Below are positions 37,701 through 50,828 of a stretch of 64,000 nucleotides of DNA, piece by piece. The DNA comes from Takakia lepidozioides (Eukaryota; Plantae; Bryophyta), in the NCBI GenBank assembly GCA_030704615.1, contig CM060731.1, forward strand, positions 59,644,001 to 59,708,000, in the 5' to 3' direction. The notes below the pieces were generated by a model, which saw only the letters and a list, made by a program, of their open reading frames with translations, did not search any database and was not told the DNA's origin. Positions within the stretch are counted from its first letter, which is position 1. Every line of letters starts with the position of its first letter. A program made the position numbers and the translations under genes.

Positions 37701-38474
37701 ACCCAGATTAACTGGCACAAGTTTCAGTATTTGAAAGTATGAGCTGACCCGGAAAAGGTCGATCGATGCCATCCCACTCGCAGTCCATATTGTCGCAGCA
37801 AAGTGTACATGTAACCAGTTGTTAAATTGTCACCGAACTGGTCCATGTCTTGGGACTGTTCCTAGTTCTAACCCTTGCGGCCCATGGGAAACTATGCTTA
37901 GATCTAGGTAATTCCATGCCAGTGCTACCATTGAGTACAGAGCTTATAACCACGACTTTTACACGTGTATATGAAATTACGAAATTATTCCGAAGCAGGG
38001 ACAGAGCCGAGCTGAACTCTGATGGGTGTCAACTATGGCATTACGCAGATTGAGATACTTACGTGAGAGGTGCCAGGCGACAGAGCCATTGCTGACGAAG
38101 TCATAGACTAGGAAGCCGTGCTCTCCGATGCAGGAGCCCACCAGTCCCACTATATTGCGGTGCTGCGCGCAGCTCAGAATCTCCAATTCAACCTCGAAAT
38201 GCTGAAAAGCGCATGCCTTGACGGCCACTGTTTGTCCATTGCTGAGGACCCCTTTCCAGACCCTACTAGATTGATATTTTACCAAGAGCATGTCTGGGGA
38301 GAAGTAATTGGTCGCAGATTGGAGCTCATCGAATGTGAAGGTCCTAAGAAACTGCCTACCTGCCTTTTTGAGTTCATAATCAACCGTACTCGACACCTGG
38401 TATTCATTCTCCGGTGAAAGTTGCACCTCTGGCGCCATTGCTGGATTTCCTTTTTCTTGCCACCGTGCGACCAT
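34701..38474 (-). CDS. RLK/Pelle receptor-like cytoplasmic pseudokinase, 6 coding exons, paralogue of the upstream USP kinase
   Basis: Exons at about 38474 (or 38438)-38063, 37289-37126, 36434-36361, 36215-36068, 35729-35576 and 35228-34701 splice in frame. Motifs: [42 protein letters not shown] (in place of DFG), [22 protein letters not shown]. Confidence 0.85.
36655..36790 (-). repeat. Same short (CATTT)n-tailed repeat family, two adjacent copies in a pseudokinase intron
   Basis: AAATGAGATGATACTTTATAACGAGCTTATGGGACAA and GAAATGAAATGGTACTTTATAACGTCCGCGGGAGCTCAAAGAGCTC. Confidence 0.7.
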
Positions 38475-41400
38475 CCAAATCAACGATCTGGACAGCAATC
38501 ACAGGAGAGCAGCTAGAACTTCAGAGCCAAGCTGCGTGCTGGTCATGTCCTGGAAAGTCGAGTCAAGAATTTCCCCTCCCTCGATGTCGGCGCTGATCAA
38601 TCTTTCTACCGGGGTGATGTAGGTGGGGGCCCTGGATGTCTAGATGGTTATAAATGGGTGCTGCTCCGGTAGAGTACCAGGGGGAAACACGAAAATCCTC
38701 ACTCGCAAGAGTATCGCATCTGTATCGCAGAGATTACTAGTGAGATCCACAGTGCAAAAATAAAGAGGCCAAGTCTAACGAGTGCGTAGATAGAGAAAGG
38801 GATCACAGCTCAAGAAGGTAATCACTCAAGCACCTCAGCTGAGCTAGACAAGGACGTCGGCTGTGGGGGCTGTGCGCGATGGCAGCCTGGTTGTAATTAT
38901 AAGTGAGCAACTCTGTGGAGACCCAGGCACCCAGCTCCTGCGCATGTCCGGGTCCTGAAGGTTAGTTCTCCTCAAGACATTTTATAACTTTGTAATGTTG
39001 TAAAAGCGTTAGATCTTGCACTCCAATCTAAAGATCTGAAAGTTTATTCTGAGTATCATTCTTGTATTCTGCAATTCTCCCTAAGTTGTAATTCTTCACT
39101 GGTTTGTAGCTTCCAAGGCCATGTTGTCTACGTGTCTTTCAAATCTTGAGCGCTCCATGTGCAGCAACTGTACCTCCGCCAGTTTGGTCACCAGTTTGCC
39201 CGAGCCAGTTCAAGGTCACTAAATTATGGCCGAGTTCACTGTCACTGAGACAAGTCCAAAAGCAGTCCGTGGCAAATCTTGCACATGGGTCCAAGGATTT
39301 TACTTGACAGTCAACAACTTGCAGATTTGAGAGCTCTCTGCCATGTAGACGTGGCAATTGCAAGACCGAGGAAGTCCAGGAGATAGACAGCGAACAGCTT
39401 AATTTCCTTGGTGGGAAGCGCTTGGCGTGAGATACACAGCCCACGAACGTTTTTCGTTACAGACCCATGGTTGTTTTTTATCCATCGGTTACTGGATCTT
39501 CTTCTGGACGGCTTTTGGCCAGCAGGGGACGAAAGATGACCCTAACATTCATCGTCTGAAGCTGGAGCAACACGACAAATTTTGCAGGAGTCAACCCTCT
39601 TGGAGCTACTCACAATTCTCTTGTATATAAAGATCGATCTTATGTGTACTGCTCAATCCGGCAGGTCACGCAATGTCAGGAGACTTTCTTTCCAGTCTAT
39701 TCTCTACTAGAGATTGAATATTCTCTGACTTCACTTAATTTATCCATCTTATCCAGTTAATATCGTAATGTTTTTGTCACATCACCCTTGCATTTGCAGT
39801 TCGTTGCATCACACGGACAGAATATTACCTGAACACAGAGCTGCATGCATCCTCACTGCAGCCTGCCTCTACACGAGTCCAAGGATAAACCTCAGATATC
39901 TGACGTCGGAACCTCATGACGTGAACGAGTAATTAGTCCAGAGATAAGACGGGTGTCCGTCGGGCCGGGCTGCACAACACGGCTCAACTCGGCTTCACTT
40001 GAGGAAGAAGACATGCACGCACCTGGGCGATTTGGTTGAAATACTCACCCAATCTTCTCAACACACAGTTGGGCCCCAGTTCCCAAGACAAATAGAGCAG
40101 CTTGGAGCCCGATCTTTCGCTTCTGAAAAATTAGACATTATATTCGTATATAGTAATTTATTTCGTAACCGAGTTATCTTGGCACACGTCTCGATTAGAC
40201 ACAGCCATATCATTCATGAGAAGGAGCCTAGCAAGTTGATGGCATGCGGTTGATTTCCTCGATATATAAATCATAGATCTACTCCTATCTCTGAGGGCTC
40301 AACGAGACTTAGAACGAAGGACAGTGGTATCGGTGGCCCGTCGATTAGTCCCATGCACACGTTGACTTGAAGCAGCCCGACACAGAACCCTCGAGCATGT
40401 CTTGGCATGTTGCGCAGATTAGTGCAACTTTCTTATCTAACTTGTCCAGGCTCCTGGAGGACAACCCAACGAGGCGGCTATATATACGTTCTTAGAGAAC
40501 ATTCAACGTCAAGATACCCTTAGAGCAGTTCAGTTCACTGTTTAGCTGCCACAATACGGAGAGCTCGACCCAGTCCAACAGAAGCATTAGGCATCATTTT
40601 CGCCGTGCAGAAATCCATACAGGCCGCACACCTTGAGCTTGAAACCCCGTTCACTTTGTCTTACCCAGTCTCATTTCCCTCTGAGAAGTGTGGCATGCCT
40701 ACCTAGTCAGATGATCTCTGGTGGCCTACTAGAATCTCATATATACCAACACGAATGATGCGACCTTGGAAAAAGTAAAATATTGTTGAAGATCACTGGT
40801 GCCCTAATAACTCGGCAATTCAATTCACATGGGCAAAGAAAGAGACAAAAGAATTTGTACTTTAACTTAGCTCTGTTTGCAAGTCCCAACTTTTGACTGG
40901 GGTGCCTAAAGAGCTAGTTATCTAGAACTATTCTGGAATCTGGACAACAAAATATGACAAACGACACTATATCTTCATTTAAGGTGTTGCACAAGTGCAA
41001 GCAGCTGATGTGAGATAGTTACTCGAGATCAGATTACTCTCAGATAGCTCTAAGTAGCACAATATTTGTATGTCACGAATCGACATCCTTCAGGTTTGAA
41101 TATTGCTGATCAGTGTCCACAAATGCAGACCACGCGCAGAGAAATAAGCGTTCGACAACATAGAATTTGCCTCTTCCTCCCTTCCGTCTCATCTTCCTGC
41201 GGTAGGAGCTCTACTCCTACAAAAGCCTAACTTGCCGTTGTAGCTTTGATTGTACGATTATGGCTGTTGTCTCTGCCGCTTTCGGCCATCAACTGTTCCT
41301 TTCAGCCTGGCGTCTCCCATTAATCAGACTGCGGCTTGAGTTGAGCAAAGGATATAAGGACCTCGATTACTTTTTGTCAAGCATACAGAGGTAAGAAGAA

Positions 41401-43127
41401 GATGGGCGGAAGAGTTGAAGAGGAAAAGCAGCCAGGGGAAAACCTATAGACGGGTCGTTTCTTCTTCTTTCCATTTTGAATCCGTTCCAGCTCCGAGGTA
41501 AGGCTTCCATTCTTCATTTTTCCATATACTGAGTTTGTGAGTTTGGAAATGGAAGCTGCAAGAATCCACGATTCCTCAAGGTTGCACTCGTTCACCAACA
41601 ACATGTTCCAGCTTAGGATTTTAAACTGGATGTTACATTGCCCATATTTGCAAGGGGTTGAACATTAGCATCTGCAATGTCACACTTCTTCGTCTCTCTC
41701 TGCCTACAATCTGGTTCCCTGGAGGAAACTGCTTCAGTGAATTCATGAAGGTTGTGAATGAAATCAATGCCCAACAAATTTACAGGGCCTACTACTGTTC
41801 ACTGCACAGCCAAGCTAGTGGCCAATGCAAGATGGAAGGAACATTTTTGAAGGATTGACCCAATGTCATCCTCGTTATCAAGGCACAAATGGGCTGCTCA
41901 AAGTGCAGACACCTAACTTTGCAATGTCCACAAAAACCCCAAAGAGCTAATTGGGCGGTACATGTAGCAAACAACAGCATTAGAATATCCAGCCTCATGA
42001 AGTAGAAGCAGATGGAGGATGAAGAATTTTTGTGAAGTCCATGGGCCAGAGGAGGGCCCAGGGGACAGAGGGGGAAAGAGACTGCAGGCGCTGCAAGTAT
42101 ATTGGTACCACTTACTAGTCTAGATTTTTGGGAACTCAAGCTTTGCCACAATTTCAAGTCTCATGTCTAACAACGCATCTTGAGCCATAAGAGGAAACGC
42201 CACCATCATCGCATAATGCTTTGTGAGTCCCTTTATGCACACAACAAAGCATGGCTTGTTATGTCCCATCCACCATGTGTATATGCTACATCCACCATCA
42301 ATCAATTGGACAGTTGCTTTCTCCACCACATCTAACATAAAATGAAATGAATGCTTTGAATACTTCATACTTAGGAGACTGTACTCATAAGATGTTGATT
42401 GCCCCAGCCTTGTGGCATACTTCATACTTTAGGGAGAGCAAAAGAAAGGAAAGAATTTAGATTATAACATCCACCAAAAGAGCTTAATGCATGAAAAAGA
42501 GGTGATAGAGGCTTTACATGAAGTAATGAAATGGTATGACAACAACAAAGTAGCAGTCAAATTCTGTTGACTTGCCAAATAGTTAGTACTCAGCACCCAT
42601 TAATGGCAAGGGTGGCCATGAGGGCGCATGCTAAGCCTGATTGTTACCTGAATCTGGGTTGGACATAATATTTACAGATGTGATGCCCACAACCTCACCA
42701 TGCCCTGGCAAGCGTCACTGGAAGCTTGACAAGACACTGGGCTACACAAGTAACTTGCCTCTTTCCCATCCCACAGTGGGAAAATCCACTATACTGTGTG
42801 GGGAGTTTATATTTTACTCAATCATGTTGGGATTGCTGATGGCTTTGATGGTAATGTACATTAGGCTGGCATACACCCTTGATATGAAGGAGCCTGTGTA
42901 TTGCCATCATCCTTCAGAGAATATCCAGCATGGTTAGCATCCAGCAGATGGCCCAGTGGTTCAGGGACAAGGTCGCCTTACAAACGGTCATGGGTCCAAA
43001 GCCACATAGGTGTATGTTTGACGTCTCCCACCGATCATCTAATGTGTGGCCCTTAAAAGGTGTCCACCTTCCCCCCTTTCGGGGTGTCACTCAAAGTGAC
43101 ACCATAATTTACACTTACTTCGCTGAG

Positions 43128-46100
43128 TCAACTTTCCAGCATGGACTCATATGACAGTTTAGTTTCCTTACCCTCACTTGAATCCTTGCTGGACTCAACA
43201 TAGGAAAGACGACTGAAAGAGGGGCTTCTCTCACCAAGACTTGTCTTCGATTTGATCCCTTTGACAGCCTTTTGTCTCCGGTTCATGTTCCTCGGAATCA
43301 CAGATTGTGACAGCTGAGACCGAGTTCCAGGGTCACTGAAAGAATTTTGGGGACCAGACCGTGATGTTGACCTGGATGACTCTGTTGGTATATATTCAGA
43401 TGTAGCCGCAAAGACAAGTTCCAGATCTGGTGTAGACTTTCTAGAAACCATACGTGGGGCTTCCTCATCCTGTGATGGATCCAAAATGCGTAGCACCTGT
43501 GCACCCCAATACATTGCTTTGCTTCCCAATTAACAGCGGATGCAAGAAATGTATATAACTACGCCACATGACCTACACACAACTCCCTCCTAATGCTGCA
43601 ACACTGATTGATAGCTGATTTTCACAAGTAGGAAGGCCCCCTCCAGTCACAATGGCATGTCCCTGTCCTATTTAAGTTTCTTTCCTTGTGCCTCTTAGCT
43701 GTTCAAATTCTCTGGCCAGCACTTACAGCACGCCACTCAGATGGCCTAACCTCTTTTGACCATTCAGCACATCATCTATGCAGTTGAAATGCTTCCTCAG
43801 TATCTTGAGGTGCACTGGAGGGAGAGGGAAAGAGTCTCTCAACTATAGGGCAAACATTTGGCCAGGTTTGAAGATTGGTCCCTTTATAACTTGAAAATCA
43901 AGACGATAAATCACAAAAAAGGACCAAGTCACTGGAGCAAACAGTGCTTTCGTGAAGTTAATGCAAGAGAAGTATAAACACTGTCCGACCTGAGTCATGC
44001 GTGGCCGCAAGGTGGGATCCTTTCTGATGCATTGATTTGCGGCATGCATCATGCAGTGCATTTCATACATGTCAAAGTTTATCAGGCGGGGGTCCACCAG
44101 GTCCTCGTCTTTATGATCCAACAGCGGTCGTGCCTGCAAAATCTCACCCAGCATATTGGAACTCTCAGAACACATCAACAGGAAAACTGCGTGCATGAAC
44201 TGGATTGGACTATGATGTATGAATACTGAAAAAAGAGGACACCAAAGGAGCTTTGGTCACCAATGCATTGGCCATTACAGCCAGACCCTGAAGAGGACAT
44301 GCATAGAGGACAGCAATTTAAATCATTTTATTGATTCACAGCAGGGGATTCATGCTGGAACGGTTAGACACATTCTTTCCTGCAAGGCACTTCTTATTGC
44401 CTGCACAGGAAATAAAAGAGGATCCTCGAGGGAGAAATGCTGAACATGCTCGCCAGCCATCCCACCATGACCAGAAAAATCTACAAGTTTAAAAGGAAAG
44501 AATTTGTGTTCCATTGCAGGAAATCAGTAGCTCCACTTAGTTGCTCCCCTTAATTGTTTGAGAGCTGTGACATTTTGCAGGTCCTATGCTTCATCATACA
44601 CTACAAAGAGTTTCTAAACCAACACCCCATGCAATGAGCGGTTGGATGACAAAGCACAACACAGCAACAAGATACAAAATGAACGAGAATGTCGAAGTCT
44701 GACCCATTCTGTCAGGCAGAGTTCTCCCCTGGCACGGGAATGGTCGATTGCTTTACGCCCCGTTATAAGCTCCAGTAATACAACACCAAAGGCATACACA
44801 TCTGCTTTGTCTGTGATCTGCCCAGTTTCAGCATACTCTGGTGCAAGATATCTTCAGTCCAACAACCACAGAAGTCATTTCACAGTTTCAGGTACTCCAT
44901 ATGCAGTGAATTCTACTGGAACAGAAGCTCCTGTAGTTTCTTTCCAGTGCCACAACATGGTTCCATCAAAAGACCATCATAGAGAAGCTTTCAAAGGCTT
45001 TGATAAATCACACCTCTGTAAGCTTAGTATGGCCTGACAATACCATGTGAACTGCCTCAGAATACATACAACTGCTTGAGAACACAGGACAGTGAATTCA
45101 TCTATGATCTTACAGTTCCCCTGCCCAAAGAAAGCACTGGCCCAGCCAGCGCTCAGTGAACAAACCCGAAGATGCGAAGTTATGTACCCGAATGTGCCTA
45201 TCACTCGTGTTTCCTCTGCTGTTTCTCCATTGCTCTGCCGCCTCGCAAGCCCAAAGTCCCCCACCTAATACAGATAATCATTGAGTCAATTGTTGAGGAG
45301 ATTTACAAGTGTATGTGTACATACTCATAGATATGTGAGTAAGTACATACACAGACACAGACCGACCTCGCCTTGTGGCCATAGACCTGATGATCTCTGT
45401 GACTAAGGAAGATAAAGCATGACAGGCCAGAGATGTGAAGGAGAGACTTAGGGGATGGAGGTAGAATCTAATCCAAAAACAGTGCCAAGATGCACTGCTT
45501 ACCATAGATGTAAAGTCATGAGTTAGAAGAATATTATTGGGCCGCATGTCCCGATGCACAATGCAGCCAACACGGCACTCTTCATGCAGATACCGGAGTG
45601 CTCTTGCAGCTCCAAGAGCAATTTTATGCCTGTGCTTCCACTGCAACCCCTCCTTGTTTTTTGCTGCAAAGCATACAAGTGTATTGACCAAACACAACCC
45701 CAATCACCATGTCTGATTCAACATTTGACCACTCATGTACATTGTCTGCATCATCTAAATGTTCATAGTCCGAATGGAAAAATTCTAAAGCAAAATAGCA
45801 AAGGACTCTGGAGTGCAGATTTTTACTGTGACGCCGCCACTTGCATGAACCCTAAACACATTATGCAATCCTCCAATGGTTGGAAAGTGGAGGTCGTGGC
45901 CTCAACATCATGTCACATGACAGTGTTTGTAACATAATTGTGTGGAACAGAAAAATCCAAAGTCTCAATCTTACAAGAGAGATGTCTGTCAAGAGATCCA
46001 TTGCAGACAAATTCATAGACCAGCAGGCGCATGCGTTCCTCCACACAGTAACCAATAAGTGTTACAAGATTGCGGTGCTGTGCACAGCTTAGGACCTCCA

Positions 46101-49100
46101 CTTCCGAGCAGAATTCTTGGTCACCTTGTGAGCTGGCAATTTTGTGCTGCTTCACAGCAACCAATTGGCCCTCCTTGAGTTTTCCTTTATGCACAGATCC
46201 ATATCCCCCTTCTGCTAAATAATTTTCCTCACTAAAATTATCTGTCGCTTCTTGCAACTCTGCATATGTAAACTTTCTCACCGGCTTCCCGAACTCTGGT
46301 GATTTCTGGTTGCACACACTGCAGAGAGGTGGTGCCCCAGGTCCTTGCTTTTTCATGGAAACTGCTCTCCTCACACTTGATGTCCTATCAAGCGGACCCT
46401 GGATTTCCATTGGGGTCATGTTCTTGGAAGCAGGTGTTGGGGGTGTCTGCATGTGAGACGAGTCCTTCACATCTTGCCCCTGTTGCTCTTTTATGGAAAC
46501 TGCTCTCCTCACATTTGATGTCCTATCAAGCGGTCCCTGGATTTCCATTGGGGTCATGTTCTTGGAAGCGGGTGTTGGGGGTGTCTGCATGTGAGACGAG
46601 TCCTTCACATCTTGCCCCTGTTGCTCTACAAGCTGGTTTTCTACCTCTTCCTTAGAATTACTTTTCTTTTCAAGTAGTTGCGGCTGGTGGTTTGCGTGGT
46701 TGAGTAAGTCATCAAGATTCCTTGGTATCCAAGGTCGCCTGGGCTGCACTGAAATAGGACCCAATGGTGCCTCACTCACAGTCATTGGTGTTGAGACCTC
46801 CATGGAATCACAAGTTTCCCTTGGAACTGCAGCAGTGCCAGGATAGCCTGCAGCTGTTGCAACTGAAGAGGTAGAGAGTTCCGTCATTGAGGTCACTGGG
46901 GAGTTGGGGGATAATGGCTGACATTCCTGAGCAGGGGAACCAGTCACAGAAGAAGTACCCATTTCTGACAACATCTCTTGTGTTTTTGAAGAGACTGGCT
47001 GGAAGCCTAGATAAGAACTTGACCTTGACAAGAATGGCGTGTGACCAGCAGAAGAAGCCTCTGTTACAGGGCTCAGTAAAGGACTTTGCTGGAATGATCC
47101 CTCCATGGGATAGATACTAATAAAACCTGCTGGCCACACACAAGAACAGTACAAAAACTGGCGAACTCAGCAGTTGACATGGCTCTCAATCTTACATCTA
47201 TGGTAAGTTCCCGCACAGTTCATTTGACAGCCCAATTACTGGCTTGTGAGTCAAAAAAGTACTGAGACCTGAATGGGACCCAATTGAATCTGGCCATCAT
47301 AATAATTGCAAAAGAAGATGCATAGAGCCTTCACAAAGTGACACTTTCAGAACACTAGTGGAAATCTTTGTATAGAAATGGAATCAGGTATGAACAAGGA
47401 ATTTCTGGTGTACTAGCAACCACCTTGTGTGGAGGCTACCTGAGTTGCCGATGAAACTCATCCTCATCGTCTGATACTGATTTAAAATAGCCATTGATCA
47501 ACAAACAACCTTGATATGCTTGGCGCTTTTGAGGAACTCTTGAGGAGAGAAAATTAGAATAACGAATACAAAAGGAAAGCAGGTAAACTTACCGTGATCT
47601 GAGTTTTCATCAAGTAAAGCCAACTGCTCTCTGTCATCTCCTTCAGCAAGAAAGCACTGTCCGACTGCTCCTGCACCCATCTTGGTCATAGCATCTGAAT
47701 TCTGGGTTGTTAAATTTTCATTTGCAGCTTCTACCTCTGGTTCCGGTTCGGTCCGATTATGGTTCAAGAGTGAGGCTGGCCTGTGTGCCAATGCGGTATT
47801 CATAGGAGGCTGAGGTTGCGGCTCAGGCTTGAGGGTTCCGGGGACAATGGTTGGCACTGGTGATTGGATGATTGAAGGGGAGGTATCAATCATGATATCC
47901 CCATTGGACATCCCATTTCCCCCCTGATTCATACTTGGCAACCCAGGGCGTAAAGGCTCTGAATCGTCGATGGTTCTCACACGCGTTACAAAGCAAGTGA
48001 GATTGTCGATGAAATACTTCCTGTCTTTCTTCATACACCTGATCATCAGCAGCATACAATTGCTGTTTAGTTATACCTCTCAACTGACTAACCCCAAATC
48101 ACACCCTTCCCAATCCTTTGGGTCCTACTCCCACATAAGTATTTCTATGCAAGCATCCAACGCTTCCCTTGGCCCCTTTATATGTCACACCACCTTTCTC
48201 AAAATAAGTGGGAGAATAAAAATGCAACAGCCACATCTTCACTCAAACAACAAAAACTCTTACACTGAGAGAGACCCATAATAACTGTGACAGAAAATTC
48301 TGAATCTTCCTCGGAGACATAGTCACAGTGGAAAGAAAGAAAACACTTGATAACATGCACAGGAAGCTAGGAGACGTCCTGGGACAAAGAGCCATAATAC
48401 CAGACCAGTAGCACTACTGGGTTTGACAAACAATAGCAACCAGACCATGCGCCCAAAAGAGCTTAGGGACCAATTGCCATCCCAAGAGCAAGACAGAGAG
48501 AATGTAATGATAAGATGTAAGGCAGAGAGAGGGAGACCTGTCAAGAACAACATGGTGTGCCCCAAAACTCTTGGCTTCTTCAACTGCAAGCACCCTTGGC
48601 TGGTTGCTTTGCTTGACGTCGATATCCAACTTTACCTGAAACAGACCAATAGACCAACTGATTCCTGGGGACTGCACATGACCAGATGGATAAACTTCTA
48701 GCTCAAATAAGTCTGCAACATCTACCAGGTTATTTGCAGATAAACAAGATAGCATAAAGAAACATACTGAACTTGTACTGCAGATGACTACCAGAGATAC
48801 TGCATGAGATTGGTCACTTTTGGCAAGGTAGAAACATACATCTTACCAGATTTGTGCTAATTTTGACAGCCTAATTTTCTGAACATAAGCTTGCAACAAC
48901 TGGTCGATACTTCATGCCCTTGTATAACTAAACCTATGCAGATCGAAAGAGGTTCCCGGAGAAATGAAATGATACTTTATGATGTCCACGGAAAGCTCAA
49001 AGAGCTTATGGGACAAAAGAAAGCATGAAACAAGAAAGAGAGAAGGGCCCTCTACAAGCAGCCCAGAAACAACTATTGTCAGACCATACACCCCACTCCC

Positions 49101-50828
49101 AGTTTGGGCGGAACAACAAGAACAGGAAAAAAACAGTGAGACTAAGAAGAGAAATTTATTTCATCAGCAGGAGGCCATGAGGGCCCAAGAGACACAAGTA
49201 GAACAATGCAGTAGAACCACATAAAGAAAAAAGTAAAACTAAAGAAACCAAAAGGCTCAAACATTGCACAAGCGAGGAGAAATGAAATGAAATGGTGCTT
49301 TATAACGTCCGCGGAAAGCTCGTAGAGCTTATGGGACAAAATGGAAGAAAACATGAGAGAGGAACAAATCCAGAAACCACAATTAATGTTCTAGCGAGGA
49401 GAGAAAGACAGACGTCAAGAAGTTGATGGCGCAAATGGCCCACAAAAGAGAGGAGGAGAAAGTTTTACGCCTCACTTCCTTAGAGGAGGAGAAAGAGAGG
49501 AAGGAGAAGAGGAAGGAACTTTTCAGACAGAAAGAGTGGGCACAACTTAGAGCTTGTGGGACAATCTCTCCAAAATGTACTAAATAAAGATAGAGGCAGA
49601 AGGAAGATGATATAAGAAACTTTTTCTGTCCACAGGAAGCGAATTGGGCATAGGGTACAAAATCAGGAAGTAAATGAAATGAAATGAAATGGTGCTTTAT
49701 GGTGACGTAAGAAATACATCCTTCTGAGGCCCAAAGCAGAGAAGAAGCAGTTCGGATATTTAATACATGCATAGAGGAAGAAAGAAGACAGAAAAGAAAG
49801 GAAATTAACAACGTCCTGGAAAAGCCAAAGAGCTCATGGGACAAAAGCACAAAACAGACAAATCTAGGGATGAGAAAGAGAATAGGAAGGGCTCCGACCC
49901 TTCAAAATTTTACTACGTCCATCTGAGAGGGAAAAAATCTTACATTTAACTTCTCACACCTCGTTTGAAGCTCTGTATTGCTTAGAAGTATCTGCTTTTT
50001 ATGGCTAATCTCCAAGTCCACTTTGCTGCGGTTTGTTCCGCTTATGCTATCATCTGTCCGACTTTTGTAGCCCACTGCAAAATCCCACAGACATAAGAAA
50101 GCCGAAAGTAACAACCAGTCAGTCTGCAGGTATCAGATATCAGCAATTCTGTTCATGCTTGACCCGAACTTCCTAGGAGACTGTTGGGCAACCAAGGATA
50201 CCAATATTTGGTTGAAACCATGGGTACTTGCAAACTATTCATTGAAGAAATGCATAGCCCACTTCCTCAAGTACGCTTTGTCAGGTGTAGTGGTGTAATA
50301 ATCCAGAAATGGTTGAATAGTAAAGTAACGGAACTTCCTTATGACCCTCTCCTAGCCTGAGCAAGCCCACTACCCTAAACCATCCCTGCATTGCAGCCCC
50401 GATGGGCATATCACCTTTACCCACACCCCCCTCCTACTACCCCTTTTCCTCGATCATGTTCGTGATTGTCTCTCCCAGCCACTCTGCCACCAAAGATAGG
50501 ATGTGCTTCAAAGTTTTTCTTCGTGACCCAGAATGCAGCATACATTTGAATACAGAGACATCTCCTTACATTTAGACAGTCCAGCTTGGAATCCACCCTT
50601 ACTAGGATTTAAGATGTGTTGCAGAATCGCGAGGAGCCTCAGGGCATCCCCGCTTCGAACAAGATGGGTAAGAGCCCAATCTATGGCCGTTGTTGAGAGC
50701 TCCTTGTTTGCATCGATGACCACCAGCACCAAACTTTGTCCACCACCCCAATTCGCGTTTGGGCCCGAGTCATGCCTCGAACCAGAGTTTTGCCTACCTT
50801 CAAAGCTCTCCATCATTGGCGCCACCAT
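43128..50828 (-). CDS. USP-like domain plus RLK/Pelle cytoplasmic protein kinase (PERK-2-type, HRDMRPNN family), about 10 exons
   Basis: N-terminal [22 protein letters not shown] (USP-like), [106 protein letters not shown] introns. Confidence 0.92.
46355..46628 (-). repeat. In-frame 138-bp (46-aa) tandem duplication within a kinase exon
   Basis: ATGGAAACTGCTCTCCTCACA... at 46355 and 46493. The peptide [36 protein letters not shown](N/S)VRRAVS occurs twice. Confidence 0.97.
48960..49850 (-). repeat. Cluster of short non-LTR-like 3' ends with (CATTT)n tails in a kinase intron
   Basis: GAAATGAAATG(G/A)T(G/A)CTTTAT...GTCC(G/A)CGGAAAGCTC...GAGCTTATGGGACAA recurs at about 48961, 49279, 49672 (partial) and 49810 (partial). 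Related copies lie at 36655-36760, and a tail lies at 32643-32670. Confidence 0.7.

Noticed and set aside
38700-43100. Extra protein-coding gene between the two kinases
   Set aside because: Only short ORFs without recognisable motifs. Splice-like signals could be UTR exons of the pseudokinase.
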